Shown: positions 8,384 to 18,530 of the stretch, piece after piece
How the letters are laid out: each line of letters starts with the position of its first letter
Position numbering within the stretch: position 1 is the first letter of the stretch
From: Acinetobacter phage IMEAB3
Length of the DNA: 43,050 bases
Sequence record: KF811200.1
Strand: one strand, 5' to 3'
Made by a program: the position numbers and the translations under genes
The notes under the pieces: generated by a model
Database searches by the model: none
The model's input: the letters and a program-made list of their open reading frames with translations, nothing else
What the model was told of the DNA's origin: nothing

Positions 8384-9328
8384 ATGAAAGTTGATTTGAA
8401 GCAAAACGGAATGCCGAAGATGCTCGCGAAGCGCATCGCCGAAGATATAGACCGTTGGGCTATTAAAGAATATGACGACGGACACCGTTCGCATTTAGGT
8501 GCGTCATTAATCGGTGACGAATGCCGTCGCAAATTGCAATTAGTTTTTCGTTGGGTAAAACATGAAGAATTCAGCGGGCGAATGCTCCGTTTATTTCAAC
8601 GCGGACACCGTGAAGAACATATCTTCACCGAATACCTGCGCGGGATTGGATGTACGGTTTACCCTTTCTATGATGACGAATTAATTGAACGTCTAGGCTT
8701 GACGGGTAAACACAATATCGGTGCGAGTGAACCAGACAGCGCAAACAAGGGCGCTAGACAGTTCCGCGTAACTGGTGCGAATGGTCATTTCGGCGGGTCG
8801 CTCGACGGTATCGTATTTTTACCGCCCGAATACGGTTACGATAAACCATTACTACTTGAGTACAAAACTAACGGTACAGGCGCAGGGTTCAACAAGTTAC
8901 GCGAAAAAGGGTTATCAATTGCCAAGCCGCAGCACCATACACAAACGAACGTTTATGGTTTCGCATACGAACTCGAATTCGTTCTATACCTTAATGTAAA
9001 CAAAAACGATGACGATATTTATATCGAAATCATGCCGCTGAATGATACTTTCGGACAGCAACAGTTTGAGAAAGCCGAACACATTATCATGGCAGAAGAA
9101 CCTTTACCGCCGATAAGTAAATCGCCGAATCAAATACCTTGTTCATATTGCAACTTTAAGGGTATTTGCCATTCTAAAGAATTGCCCGAAAAGAACTGCC
9201 GAAGCTGTAAAAATGCTGTTCCGATTGAGGGCGGTAAATGGGGCTGTCGTCAATGGAATGCAATTATTCCGAACAAACAAGCAATCCTTGAAGGTTGTAA
9301 TAACTGGGTTCCATTTATCAACGGGTAA
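8384..9328 (+). CDS. PD-(D/E)XK nuclease, Cas4/RecB-like with Fe-S cysteine cluster
   Basis: SLDGIV ... LLEYK gives the D...ExK motif; N-terminal Cys (GDECRRK) plus C-terminal CSYCNFKGIC and further Cys resemble the Cas4 arrangement. Confidence 0.65.
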   Translation: MKVDLKQNGMPKMLAKRIAEDIDRWAIKEYDDGHRSHLGASLIGDECRRKLQLVFRWVKHEEFSGRMLRLFQRGHREEHIFTEYLRGIGCTVYPFYDDELIERLGLTGKHNIGASEPDSANKGARQFRVTGANGHFGGSLDGIVFLPPEYGYDKPLLLEYKTNGTGAGFNKLREKGLSIAKPQHHTQTNVYGFAYELEFVLYLNVNKNDDDIYIEIMPLNDTFGQQQFEKAEHIIMAEEPLPPISKSPNQIPCSYCNFKGICHSKELPEKNCRSCKNAVPIEGGKWGCRQWNAIIPNKQAILEGCNNWVPFING

Positions 9329-9333
9329 GTACA

Positions 9334-10992
9334 ATGCAGCTTCGGTTTTATCAGCGCGAATCTATCGACGCAATCTATAACTATTTTAATGCAGGTAACA
9401 AGGGAAACCCAGTTATTGCACTACAAACGGGCTTAGGTAAAAGCGTCGTATTGGGCGGCGCTGTCTGCGAAATCATGTACCAATACCCAAGCCAACGATT
9501 AATTATGGCAACCCATGTTAAAGAACTGGTCGAACAGAATGCGAAGAAGCTCACTAAAATGTGGGCATCTGCGCCAATCGGTATTTATTCGGCAGGTCTG
9601 AAACAAAAAGACGCACACGCCCCTATCGTCTATGGTTCTATTCAATCAATGGCGAATAATCCCGCCGCATTCGGACACCGTGACTTAATGTTCGTTGACG
9701 AATGTCAACTTGTAGGCGACAAAGCGAACTCGCAATATATTTCGTTCATTGGCGGTCTTGCCGAAATTAATCCCCACATTAAAATCATCGGTTTAAGCGC
9801 CACGCCGTACCGCATGAAAATGGGCATGATTACCGAGGGCGGAATATTCACGGACGTAATTTACGACACCACTAACCTAGAAGGGTGGACGCGAATGATT
9901 GCCGAAGGCTTTCTCTGTCCGCCAGTGTCGAAAGTCACAGACGAATGGTTAAGCGCCGAAGGTGTTCGCAAGGTTGACGGCGACTTCAATATTAAACAGC
10001 TACAAGACGCCGTTGACACATCCGAAAAAACTTTCAAGTGCTGCGTCGAATCAATCGAAAAATGTTACGACAGACATTCGATTCTAGTATTCGCAACAGG
10101 TATCGAACACGCTGAACATGTAGCCGAAACACTTAACGCACTGGGTCAAAATGCCGCGTATGTTCATTCGAAAATGAAAGGCGCAGACCGTGACCGCGTT
10201 ATCGAAGACTTTAAACAAGGTAAAATTCGTTGGTTAGTTAACAACGGCATTCTAACAACAGGTTTCGATCACCCGCCGCTTGACGCTATCATAATGTTAC
10301 GTCCGACTTTGTCTGTCGGCTTATGGGTGCAAATGGTAGGGCGTGGAACCCGTCCGTATGATTTCCGAATGCTAGACCAATACGTTAAGGGGTTCGAGTA
10401 TGTAAAACAAAATTGTTTAATCCTAGACTTTGCCCGAAACACTGACCGCTTGGGCGCAGTAAATCAACCAGTCCCACCGCGTAAGAAAGGCGAATCGACA
10501 GGCGACGCACCTGTAAAAATTTGCCCCAACCCTGCGTGTAAAATGTATAATCACGCGTCGGCTAGGTATTGCGGCGGTGAACCGTTCCCAACGTTTAGCG
10601 GTTGCGGTTACGAATTTATATATGACCCGAATGACAGACTTTATCATCATGCAAGCGAAAAGCCGATTCTAGTATCGGATTTGCCAGAACTTGAAATGAT
10701 GAAAGTTACTAAAGTTTTATATTCGGTTCACAATAAAGAAAATATGCCGCCGTCAATGAAGGTTACATATATCTGTGGTGTGAAATCATTTACCGAATAT
10801 ATTTGCCTACAACATAGCGGAATGGCACAGCGTAAAGCCTTCGCATGGTGGACGCAAAGAACAGGTTACACGGGCGACCAAATGCCAACAACGGCGCAAG
10901 CTGTCAATTATTCTTCGCATTTGCCTATACCGAATCGCATCAAAGTATGGACAAATAAGAAGTACCCCGAAATTATGAGCTACGAGTTTTAA
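9334..10992 (+). CDS. SF2 (DEAD/DEAH-like) DNA helicase with C-terminal zinc ribbon
   Basis: motif I TGLGKS, II DECQ, III SAT, VI QMVGRGTR; C-terminal CPNPACKMYNHASARYCGG. Confidence 0.85.
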   Translation: MQLRFYQRESIDAIYNYFNAGNKGNPVIALQTGLGKSVVLGGAVCEIMYQYPSQRLIMATHVKELVEQNAKKLTKMWASAPIGIYSAGLKQKDAHAPIVYGSIQSMANNPAAFGHRDLMFVDECQLVGDKANSQYISFIGGLAEINPHIKIIGLSATPYRMKMGMITEGGIFTDVIYDTTNLEGWTRMIAEGFLCPPVSKVTDEWLSAEGVRKVDGDFNIKQLQDAVDTSEKTFKCCVESIEKCYDRHSILVFATGIEHAEHVAETLNALGQNAAYVHSKMKGADRDRVIEDFKQGKIRWLVNNGILTTGFDHPPLDAIIMLRPTLSVGLWVQMVGRGTRPYDFRMLDQYVKGFEYVKQNCLILDFARNTDRLGAVNQPVPPRKKGESTGDAPVKICPNPACKMYNHASARYCGGEPFPTFSGCGYEFIYDPNDRLYHHASEKPILVSDLPELEMMKVTKVLYSVHNKENMPPSMKVTYICGVKSFTEYICLQHSGMAQRKAFAWWTQRTGYTGDQMPTTAQAVNYSSHLPIPNRIKVWTNKKYPEIMSYEF

Positions 10993-11001
10993 AGGTGAGT
11001 T

Positions 11002-11415
11002 ATGCCAAAGTGTGAAAAATGTCAATTAGGTACTGTATGCCGCTGTTACAATGAGCCGCAACATACTTCGGATAAATATGTTAATATGAACATTGAACTT
11101 TTGAAAGAAAGATCAGAAACGGGCTTGAGTAAATACGGCGTGAATTTAGAACGAACTGACCTAAGCCCGACAGACTGGGCGCAGCATTTAGTTGAAGAAC
11201 TGTTAGACGGTGCGAATTACGCCCAAGTTTTGAAAGACAAACTAGCCTTAACAATTGAAGCCGCATTCAAAGAAGGTTTCCAAATGGGGCAAGAAATGGA
11301 TGTTTACGAACCGTTTGTATTCTGTTGGCGCGGCGGCGCTGCCGAAGCATGGGTCAACAGTGACACATACGAAAACTTATTCGAAAAGGGGTCGAAGAAT
11401 GGCGAAGACAGTTAA
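11002..11415 (+). CDS. hypothetical protein (137 aa, Cys-rich N-terminus)
   Basis: ORF track; start uncertain. Confidence 0.4.
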   Translation: MPKCEKCQLGTVCRCYNEPQHTSDKYVNMNIELLKERSETGLSKYGVNLERTDLSPTDWAQHLVEELLDGANYAQVLKDKLALTIEAAFKEGFQMGQEMDVYEPFVFCWRGGAAEAWVNSDTYENLFEKGSKNGEDS

Positions 11416-12388
11416 AGAACGCGCTAGAAAGCCAAAATCCGTAAACGCAGCACAGGGGCTAATTGATGCCCTAAAGTTCGTTAACGCGGCACAGAAAAAG
11501 AACGATCATATTTTTCAAAAGTATGTCGTTCTGCAAGACAAAACACTTATCGCAACAGACGGCACGTTAGCGATCGGCACACGCATCGAAGAAGAAATCA
11601 ATGCTTGCCCGCGGTCTGACATGCTGTTAGCTGCATTGAGTAAAGTCGGCGAACGATTTAGCCTAACAGTCGAAGACGAACAGCTTTGTATCGTTTCAGG
11701 CGATTTTACTGCCCACATACCTTGTATACCGCTTGAACAAATCCCCGTGACTTTCACAAGTCCGAACATGATGCCGTTAGACGATAGCTTAAAAGCTGCG
11801 TTTAGCGCAGTCATGGACATCGCGAAAGAAGGCGCGCCGCATATTATGACCGCGTCGTTAATGCTTCGTGATAATACAGTCGTCGCAGCTAATAACGAAA
11901 TGATAAAAGAATATTGGCACGGGTTCCGTTTTCCAATGGTCTTTATCATCCCGAAGTTAGCGGTGCAATGTGTAGCCAAAACAAATAAAACGCTTGTCGG
12001 CGTTGGCGGGTCTACGGAATCACTGACGTTCTGGTTCTCCGATCAATCGTTCATTCAAACGACGTTAATGCCGAACGAATGGAATGACGTAGACACAATG
12101 TTAAATCAACCGACGAACGCTTTACCGCTACCGTCTAACTTTTGGCAAGCAATCAATTCAATCGTCGACTTTGGCGAATCGAACCTTGTGTTATTCCACG
12201 ATGATTGTGTAACAACTGAGTCAGGAAAAGCACGTTTCGAAATTGAAGGACTGCAAGGCGGTCAGAAATTCGACGGTAAACTTTTGAAATCAGCGTCGGC
12301 ATATATTAAACGAATTGATTGCCGAACTCACAAAAACCGTTTATATTTCTTCGGTGAGAAGTTACGCGGCTTGTTAGGGGGACACTAA
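11399..12388 (+). CDS. DNA polymerase sliding clamp, beta (DnaN)-like, ~330 aa
   Basis: start moved to ATG 11399 (AAAGGGG RBS); LQDKTLIATDGTLAIGTRIE aligns to DnaN LQVADGTLSLTGTDLE and LCIVSGDFTAHIPCIPLEQIP to DnaN LLVRSGRSRFSLSTLPAADFP. Confidence 0.5.
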   Translation: MAKTVKERARKPKSVNAAQGLIDALKFVNAAQKKNDHIFQKYVVLQDKTLIATDGTLAIGTRIEEEINACPRSDMLLAALSKVGERFSLTVEDEQLCIVSGDFTAHIPCIPLEQIPVTFTSPNMMPLDDSLKAAFSAVMDIAKEGAPHIMTASLMLRDNTVVAANNEMIKEYWHGFRFPMVFIIPKLAVQCVAKTNKTLVGVGGSTESLTFWFSDQSFIQTTLMPNEWNDVDTMLNQPTNALPLPSNFWQAINSIVDFGESNLVLFHDDCVTTESGKARFEIEGLQGGQKFDGKLLKSASAYIKRIDCRTHKNRLYFFGEKLRGLLGGH

Positions 12389-14382
12389 TGTCGTTATTCG
12401 ATACTGAAACAATGGTCGTAAACAAACGATCTAAAAAGAAACCAAAAGACATACCGAAAGTGTTAAAACATTTTCCAATCGTTAACCGCCCTTATGTAGA
12501 GTTTACAGACATGGAACTTTACGCCGCTAGGGGCGGCACTTTAACTTTTGATATTGAAACATATAAGAACTATTTTCTTATAGCGTTTAAGTGTGTCGAA
12601 ACTAAGCGCGTCGTAACATTCGAAAAGTACGGCGATATGGACTTCAACAAAGAAAAGCTTAATTGGGTACTGTTTAACTTTCGGTTGATTTCGTTCAATG
12701 GTCGAAAGTTTGACATGCCGTTAGCTTGGCTCGCAGTCTTCGGCAAGCCTGTATGGGTAATTAATGAAGTCGCACAGAAGCTAATCACCGACGACAAGTA
12801 TCGCGTTCGTGATGTTGAGCGCGAATATAACTTCAAAATGCCCACATTGAACCATATCGACCTTATCGAAGTCGCACCGCTGCAAGCGTCTTTGAAGACA
12901 TATTCGGGGCGCTTACATGCTCCGCGTATGCAGGATTTACCATACGACCCGCACAAAATCTTAACAGTCGACGAAATGGTTAACGTCAAATACTATTGCG
13001 TAAATGACCTTGACAACACCGAACTGTTATTTAAGGCGCTTGCGGGCGACATATCGTTACGTGAAACACTAAGCGTCGAATATGACCAAGACTTGCGTTC
13101 GTTATCCGATGCCCAAATCGCCGAACATGTTCTTAGCGCTGAATGTGCAAAGATTAACGGTTATCATTCATTTGCGCCGAAGATTGCCGTCGGTTCGATC
13201 TATAAATATTACAAGCCCGACTTTATCCACTTTCAAACCCCAATGATGCAAAAAGTATTGTCGGATTTGCTCGAAGCGGACTTCGTAATTATCGAAAACG
13301 GTTCTCCGAAATGTGCGTATCTGGACGGTCTGAAAATATCTATCGGCGAACAGGTTTACACAATGGGCGTCGGCGGTCTGCATTCAACAGAATCATGTAT
13401 CGCACATAAAGCCGAAAACGGATATATGTTAATCGACCGTGACGTCGCCAGTTATTACCCGTACATTATCCTTAACAATAAGTTCTATCCGAAACACTTG
13501 GGCGAAACGTTCTTGATTGTGTACCAAACAATCGTAGACCGTCGAATCTATGCTAAACACATGGCAAAGAGTGACGACGAAAAGATTGCAAAGGATAGTA
13601 AGCAAGAAGCCGATTCGTTAAAGATTACAATTAACGGTTCGTTTGGTAAACTTGGTTCGAAATGGTCGAAGCTGTATAGCCCCGACTTACTGATTCAAGT
13701 AACAGTCACAGGGCAATTATGCTTACTAATGCTTATCGAAATGTTAGAGCTAAACGGCATCAAAGTCGTATCGGCGAACACTGACGGTATTGTTATTATG
13801 CCGCACGAATCCCAGTATGACCGCTTGAATGAAATTGTTAAAATGTGGGAATCGCTAACCAATTTCGAAACCGAAGAAACCAGATACAGCGCTGTTTATA
13901 GTCGTGATGTGAATAACTACATCGCAATTTATGACAAACCTAAGAAGGACGAATATTACAAAGGTAAAGGCGTATTCGGTGACAACACTTTGAAAAAGCA
14001 ACCGCAAAACGAAATATGTGCCAAAGCTGCGGCACAGTTTCTTATTGACGGCACGCCAGTTCGAAAGACTATCGAAGATTGTACGGACATATCGCAGTTT
14101 ATAACAGCTAAGACCGTTAAGGGTGGCGCACACAAAGACGGGTGGCTTTTAGGAAAGGCGATTCGTTGGTACTACGCGAACGACATCGAAGGAACGATCA
14201 ATTATATAACGAACGGAAACACGGTTCCATTGTCCGAAGGTGCAAAACCTTGTATGGATTTACCCGCCGAATTTCCGACGGATATTAATTACGACTATTA
14301 TGTCGAAATGACTAACGCAATGTTGCATGACATGGGCGTGTACGGTCACAAAAAGACTAAAAAGTCGTCCTTGTTCGATTGA
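12388..14382 (+). CDS. family B DNA polymerase with 3'-5' exonuclease domain (664 aa)
   Basis: Exo I FDIETY, Exo II YCVNDLDN, pol motif A DVASYYPYI, motif B KITINGSFGKLG, motif C SANTDGI. Confidence 0.85.
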   Translation: MSLFDTETMVVNKRSKKKPKDIPKVLKHFPIVNRPYVEFTDMELYAARGGTLTFDIETYKNYFLIAFKCVETKRVVTFEKYGDMDFNKEKLNWVLFNFRLISFNGRKFDMPLAWLAVFGKPVWVINEVAQKLITDDKYRVRDVEREYNFKMPTLNHIDLIEVAPLQASLKTYSGRLHAPRMQDLPYDPHKILTVDEMVNVKYYCVNDLDNTELLFKALAGDISLRETLSVEYDQDLRSLSDAQIAEHVLSAECAKINGYHSFAPKIAVGSIYKYYKPDFIHFQTPMMQKVLSDLLEADFVIIENGSPKCAYLDGLKISIGEQVYTMGVGGLHSTESCIAHKAENGYMLIDRDVASYYPYIILNNKFYPKHLGETFLIVYQTIVDRRIYAKHMAKSDDEKIAKDSKQEADSLKITINGSFGKLGSKWSKLYSPDLLIQVTVTGQLCLLMLIEMLELNGIKVVSANTDGIVIMPHESQYDRLNEIVKMWESLTNFETEETRYSAVYSRDVNNYIAIYDKPKKDEYYKGKGVFGDNTLKKQPQNEICAKAAAQFLIDGTPVRKTIEDCTDISQFITAKTVKGGAHKDGWLLGKAIRWYYANDIEGTINYITNGNTVPLSEGAKPCMDLPAEFPTDINYDYYVEMTNAMLHDMGVYGHKKTKKSSLFD

Positions 14383-14465
14383 TTCTCGCCATTTTTTCGG
14401 GGGTACACGCGCTTTTAGCGTTGCCCCTGCTACTACCCTACCCGTTGACACATTGAACGCAGACT

Positions 14466-14486
14466 GTGACGCTCACCGTCGTTTTT
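14466..14486 (+). terminator. weak candidate terminator for the rightward operon
   Basis: GACG ctcac CGTC g TTTTTA; only a 4-bp stem. Confidence 0.25.
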
Positions 14487-14551
14487 ATGGTGTCGGCTTG
14501 ACAGCCAGATAATAGCAAAGCCAAAATTATATATCGCATTCTTTCGCCCAA

Positions 14552-14586
14552 TAAAAAAGCCCTATTCGCAGGGGAACGAACAGGGC
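14552..14586 (-). terminator. weak candidate terminator for the leftward late operon
   Basis: on the minus strand CCCU gcgaau AGGG C UUUUUUAUU; stem is short. Confidence 0.3.
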
Positions 14587-14643
14587 ATAAACTCACAAGA
14601 ACCATCGAAACGGTTGTTAAAATGAATAATACCAAATCAAAAG

Positions 14644-15147
14644 TTATTTAGCAACCCATCCCGTATTTCCAGTCCCGCCGCTTTCTTTAACGTATAAAGT
14701 TGTCGCAGCGCCGCCACCAGTACGCAAGTATAACGAACCGACGGGCGAAGCTTGCACGCCTTCTGGTGCGCCGACACCTGTTCGAATCGTTGGCGCGTTT
14801 GAACCACCAAGATTGACAACCGAGGAAAATATAAAACCCCACGGTAAAGACGAAGTCCCAAGCGTGCGCGTATTTGCAACGTTAGGCACTAAGTTAACAT
14901 AAGCCGAAATCGTAGACGAATCAATCGTCATTCGAGTCGACCCCGCTTGCTTAATATAAAACGCACCGCCTGCCGATTTATCCAATACAGCACTAGCAAC
15001 GTTATAGTAAGTAACACCGTCGGCTTGTTGGTAATGGGTGTCGGCTCCGCTAGAATTCTGAATAACGAATTTCGCATCGGTGTCGTTTTGCAAACGCATA
15101 ATGAAACGATTGTCAACGCCTGCTTTACCGATAATCATGCGAAGCAT
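14644..15147 (-). CDS. tail fibre protein (distal/C-terminal part), 167 aa
   Basis: last gene of the late operon; Gly/Ser/Thr-rich; C-terminus LYVKESGGTGNTGWVAK resembles fibre tips. Confidence 0.45.
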   Translation of the reverse strand: MLRMIIGKAGVDNRFIMRLQNDTDAKFVIQNSSGADTHYQQADGVTYYNVASAVLDKSAGGAFYIKQAGSTRMTIDSSTISAYVNLVPNVANTRTLGTSSLPWGFIFSSVVNLGGSNAPTIRTGVGAPEGVQASPVGSLYLRTGGGAATTLYVKESGGTGNTGWVAK

Positions 15148-15617
15148 CCCGCAGCGTCAACGATTGAAGTATAGCCGTCACCCGCAAAGAAAGCCGCGGG
15201 CGCTGCTATCATGGTACGTTCGTCGGTAATGTTAGCGTTTACGATTGACGTTTGCCCGACAGTCATGTAAATCGAACAAACTGGAAAAACGCCAAACGGT
15301 AACGCAGGCTTTGTCGGGGTCGCTGCTTCGGCTCCAACTACACGCTGAAACTGTCGCAAGTTAAGATCGAAATAAATGCGGTCAATTCGGGGGTTAGCTG
15401 ACGGCGCACCGATACCCGTTACGTTTTGAGCGACGACGACTGTGCCGTCCATCAAAAGACCCGCTTCAATTGTAACACCCATTGCAGGCGTTGCCATTTC
15501 CCGCGCTGCGAACTGTTTGCCCGTTTCGGCTAATACCCGAATAGAGTTGTCAATATTAGCCTTGTATGTCGCCGCATCTTGCGCCGTAAAATCTGGTTGT
15601 TCAAATTTAGAAACCAT
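15135..15617 (-). CDS. tail fibre protein (proximal part), 160 aa
   Basis: ORF track; overlaps the downstream fibre ORF by 13 nt in another frame. Confidence 0.4.
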   Translation of the reverse strand: MVSKFEQPDFTAQDAATYKANIDNSIRVLAETGKQFAAREMATPAMGVTIEAGLLMDGTVVVAQNVTGIGAPSANPRIDRIYFDLNLRQFQRVVGAEAATPTKPALPFGVFPVCSIYMTVGQTSIVNANITDERTMIAAPAAFFAGDGYTSIVDAAGCFA

Positions 15618-18079
15618 TATGTTAAATCCTCAATTGTACCAATGAAACCACTCACGACAACGCCTTGCGGTTCTGAATGTGGGGCTTTAAATCCGACTTT
15701 AATGTTCGCATCTTTAGGCAGTAACACAACGCCGCCGCGATACTCCGTTTCGTCAAAATATGCAATCTGTGCGACGGCGTCGATACGCGGTAAAGTGTTC
15801 GGAATACGTGGCGCACGATGCCAACCAACAGAACCCGAAATCCTTAACGTATGAGCCGCTGCAACATAGGTCGCATTTTTAGCAAAGTAATCAATTTCGC
15901 CGAAAGGTTCGGGAACCATCATATCGAAAACTTCCCAACCAAGTTCGGACGCCAAGCGCTGCGACTTGCTGACAGCAAGCGTCGGATTATACCAGATACC
16001 GCCGACTAAATCGCCGTCATATTGATTGAGTGAAAGCGATTGTAAAAGCACACCCGTAGCAGGTCGACCAGTAGCGTAAACGAAACCCCAGTCGCCGAAC
16101 AAGCCTGCTTTAGACATGAATCGAGCGAAATAATAACCGTTCTGTAAATTCCGTTGCACTCGCGTAGTTGTTGACGGCATAGGAATAACAGCAAGTTCGA
16201 TTGCGTTCGTCGGTTCGCCTTTATCTGCCCACATTAATTGAACAAAGTCGGCATTATTTCCTGTTGGCGCTGTCCAACTAATATCGGCGAACATATCGTC
16301 AACGTTAGTGGCGGTTAAACCTTGCAGCGCTTCGGGTAATTCAGCCCCCGAACCTTTAATGATAACAGTGTTCGACGGTATCGGTTCGCTACGCTTTTCG
16401 AACGAATTGACGACTCGAATATAGCCGATATAAGTGTCGCCCGCTTTTAAATCTTCGGTCATAAACGTCGTAGTGTTTCGACCGCTTATATACTTATAAT
16501 CTGACTCCGCAGGGCTGAACGGATAATTAGAGTACGCAATTTCGTAACCTACGCAGTAAATGTCGTTCGACTGTGTCCAATCGAATTTTATGCGCGGTGC
16601 GCCTGTCTGCTGATTGACCGCTGTTAAACCTGAAACGGCAGTCAAAGACGCAGGCGGTTTCGGGATAGTTACGTCAGGCTTGACAATAGTACCGCCGCCA
16701 GTAATCGGCTTTAAGTCCATATCGTCGGAATATAGATCGTCCGAATATTCAGTCAAAACAAGTTCAACCCCACCCGCATCGGAGCCACTAGGCGGAATCA
16801 TTCGCCAATCGGTAACTTGAAACAGTTTGTCAACCCATCCAAGCATAGGTAGGTTTAACGGGATAACGTCCCAAACTTCGTAATTAAAACAAGTCCACTT
16901 ACACGGTAAAGTGATAGTCTTTTCAAGACGCGCACGACGTAAGAAAATAGTAGCCAAACGTTGCGCCGTAATCGGTGACGTTGTAAAGTTCAAAACAATA
17001 TCTTTGTACTGTTCGACACCGCCGTCTTGTGCAATATATTCCGCACCCTTGACAGGTGGAAAGTCCGAAAACTGCCAATTATTCGTAGAGTCAAGGAACG
17101 TACCTTTTACACCGTTGAAACTTTGGTCGGCGGGTGTGCGTGGTTGTAACGTCGGATTGCCGCGCAAATCGTCTTGCGTGATTTTACGCGTAGAAACTGC
17201 CCGCGCTGCTCCGACGTATATGCGGTATTTTCCTTGCGTCCATACTACTGTACCCGCAGAAGCCGCAAGCATCTGGTTAATAATGTCGCCGTTCTTGCTT
17301 GACAATTCAACAACGCCGTCGATAATGTAACGACCATCGCAAAGACTAGCCGCCATTTGTTCGGGCACTTGGTCGCAAACATCTGCCGCAGCGTCGACAC
17401 TAGCCCAATCAATTTCGTCGTCAGTAGCGTTAAGACCGTCAACCGAACGCATAAAGTCAATAGTCGCCAATGCCGCATTATTTGACCATTGAGTAATCCC
17501 GACACGATGATCGTATAACGGCTTGCCCTTAATGTCGAAAGTAATGTTCGGACGACCATTTTTATAAACCGTTTTGTCGAACTTCAATTTGACGACAGCA
17601 TAGGCACAGCCCTGCAAAATACATTTTTCAGTATATTCGGGAAACGTTGCGACTAACTGCGGGTCGGCTGTTGTCTGCGTACCATCGTGCCACCACCAAT
17701 CAAAATACCCGCTTGCGACTTCGCTCGCAGCTTCGCCGTTAAAATACATCGCTGTGATGTCCGTAATCTGGTGCGCTGCTACAACAACAACGAGCCATAA
17801 ATATTCGTGACCGTCACCGCTTACGTTTGCATAAGTCACAACACCAGAAATACGCGCTTTACCGTAAACCATTCGGCGAGGGGCGTCGGCTGTGAATGTT
17901 AATTGTGTCGGGTTAGTCTGGTAAACTGTGGGCTGTGAAGACTGCGAAGCAACCCCCGAAGTTTTAGACTGTAATAATAACGAAGCGCCAACGGCTAAGA
18001 CCGTACCGATAACGATTGCGGCTGTACCACCAATCGCCGCAGCGCCCGCCATAATGATAACGGGAATAATAGCAGGCAT
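15617..18079 (-). CDS. central tail fibre / host specificity protein (lambda J-like), 820 aa
   Basis: position after the K-like and tip proteins; PRRMVYGKARISGVVTY matches the J-family N-domain; beta-rich FN3-like C-terminal region. Confidence 0.65.
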   Translation of the reverse strand: MPAIIPVIIMAGAAAIGGTAAIVIGTVLAVGASLLLQSKTSGVASQSSQPTVYQTNPTQLTFTADAPRRMVYGKARISGVVTYANVSGDGHEYLWLVVVVAAHQITDITAMYFNGEAASEVASGYFDWWWHDGTQTTADPQLVATFPEYTEKCILQGCAYAVVKLKFDKTVYKNGRPNITFDIKGKPLYDHRVGITQWSNNAALATIDFMRSVDGLNATDDEIDWASVDAAADVCDQVPEQMAASLCDGRYIIDGVVELSSKNGDIINQMLAASAGTVVWTQGKYRIYVGAARAVSTRKITQDDLRGNPTLQPRTPADQSFNGVKGTFLDSTNNWQFSDFPPVKGAEYIAQDGGVEQYKDIVLNFTTSPITAQRLATIFLRRARLEKTITLPCKWTCFNYEVWDVIPLNLPMLGWVDKLFQVTDWRMIPPSGSDAGGVELVLTEYSDDLYSDDMDLKPITGGGTIVKPDVTIPKPPASLTAVSGLTAVNQQTGAPRIKFDWTQSNDIYCVGYEIAYSNYPFSPAESDYKYISGRNTTTFMTEDLKAGDTYIGYIRVVNSFEKRSEPIPSNTVIIKGSGAELPEALQGLTATNVDDMFADISWTAPTGNNADFVQLMWADKGEPTNAIELAVIPMPSTTTRVQRNLQNGYYFARFMSKAGLFGDWGFVYATGRPATGVLLQSLSLNQYDGDLVGGIWYNPTLAVSKSQRLASELGWEVFDMMVPEPFGEIDYFAKNATYVAAAHTLRISGSVGWHRAPRIPNTLPRIDAVAQIAYFDETEYRGGVVLLPKDANIKVGFKAPHSEPQGVVVSGFIGTIEDLT

Positions 18080-18080
18080 C

Positions 18081-18530
18081 TTATGCGAATCTCCATGCGT
18101 CTGTTAATGTCAAATCGTTACCCAAACGGGCAAGACCGCGGGGCTGTAAGCAAACGTAAATCGAACCAAGATAAAAAACACCCATTCCGAAACTTTGGTC
18201 GACTTGACCGTGACGACCTGCGCCGTATCTGGTAAAGTCTATCGAAAGGATGTCACCGTCTTTGAGCGAATTATTAAGAACCTTTTCGGCTCCGTATTCG
18301 TCGGCAATTTGCAAGAACGCATCACGAACCGAAACAGTCCCGAAACGTTCACGCAAAGCAATACTTGCGGTTGTTTCGTCAACATAATGCGGGACGGTGT
18401 CCATTGGATTTTTCCCACATTGTACGGCTATTGCCTTGCCCGCAAATTGACAGCAATCGAACACGCCCCACTTAAAGGTGAGTCCGTCGCAATGTCTTAT
18501 AAAATCGTTTAAATCCATTATCCGCCCCAT
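18081..18530 (-). CDS. tail assembly/peptidase protein (lambda K-like, NlpC/P60-like), 149 aa
   Basis: position before the J-like gene; Cys-containing WGVFDCCQFAGKAIA with a downstream His; assignment tentative. Confidence 0.35.
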   Translation of the reverse strand: MGRIMDLNDFIRHCDGLTFKWGVFDCCQFAGKAIAVQCGKNPMDTVPHYVDETTASIALRERFGTVSVRDAFLQIADEYGAEKVLNNSLKDGDILSIDFTRYGAGRHGQVDQSFGMGVFYLGSIYVCLQPRGLARLGNDLTLTDAWRFA

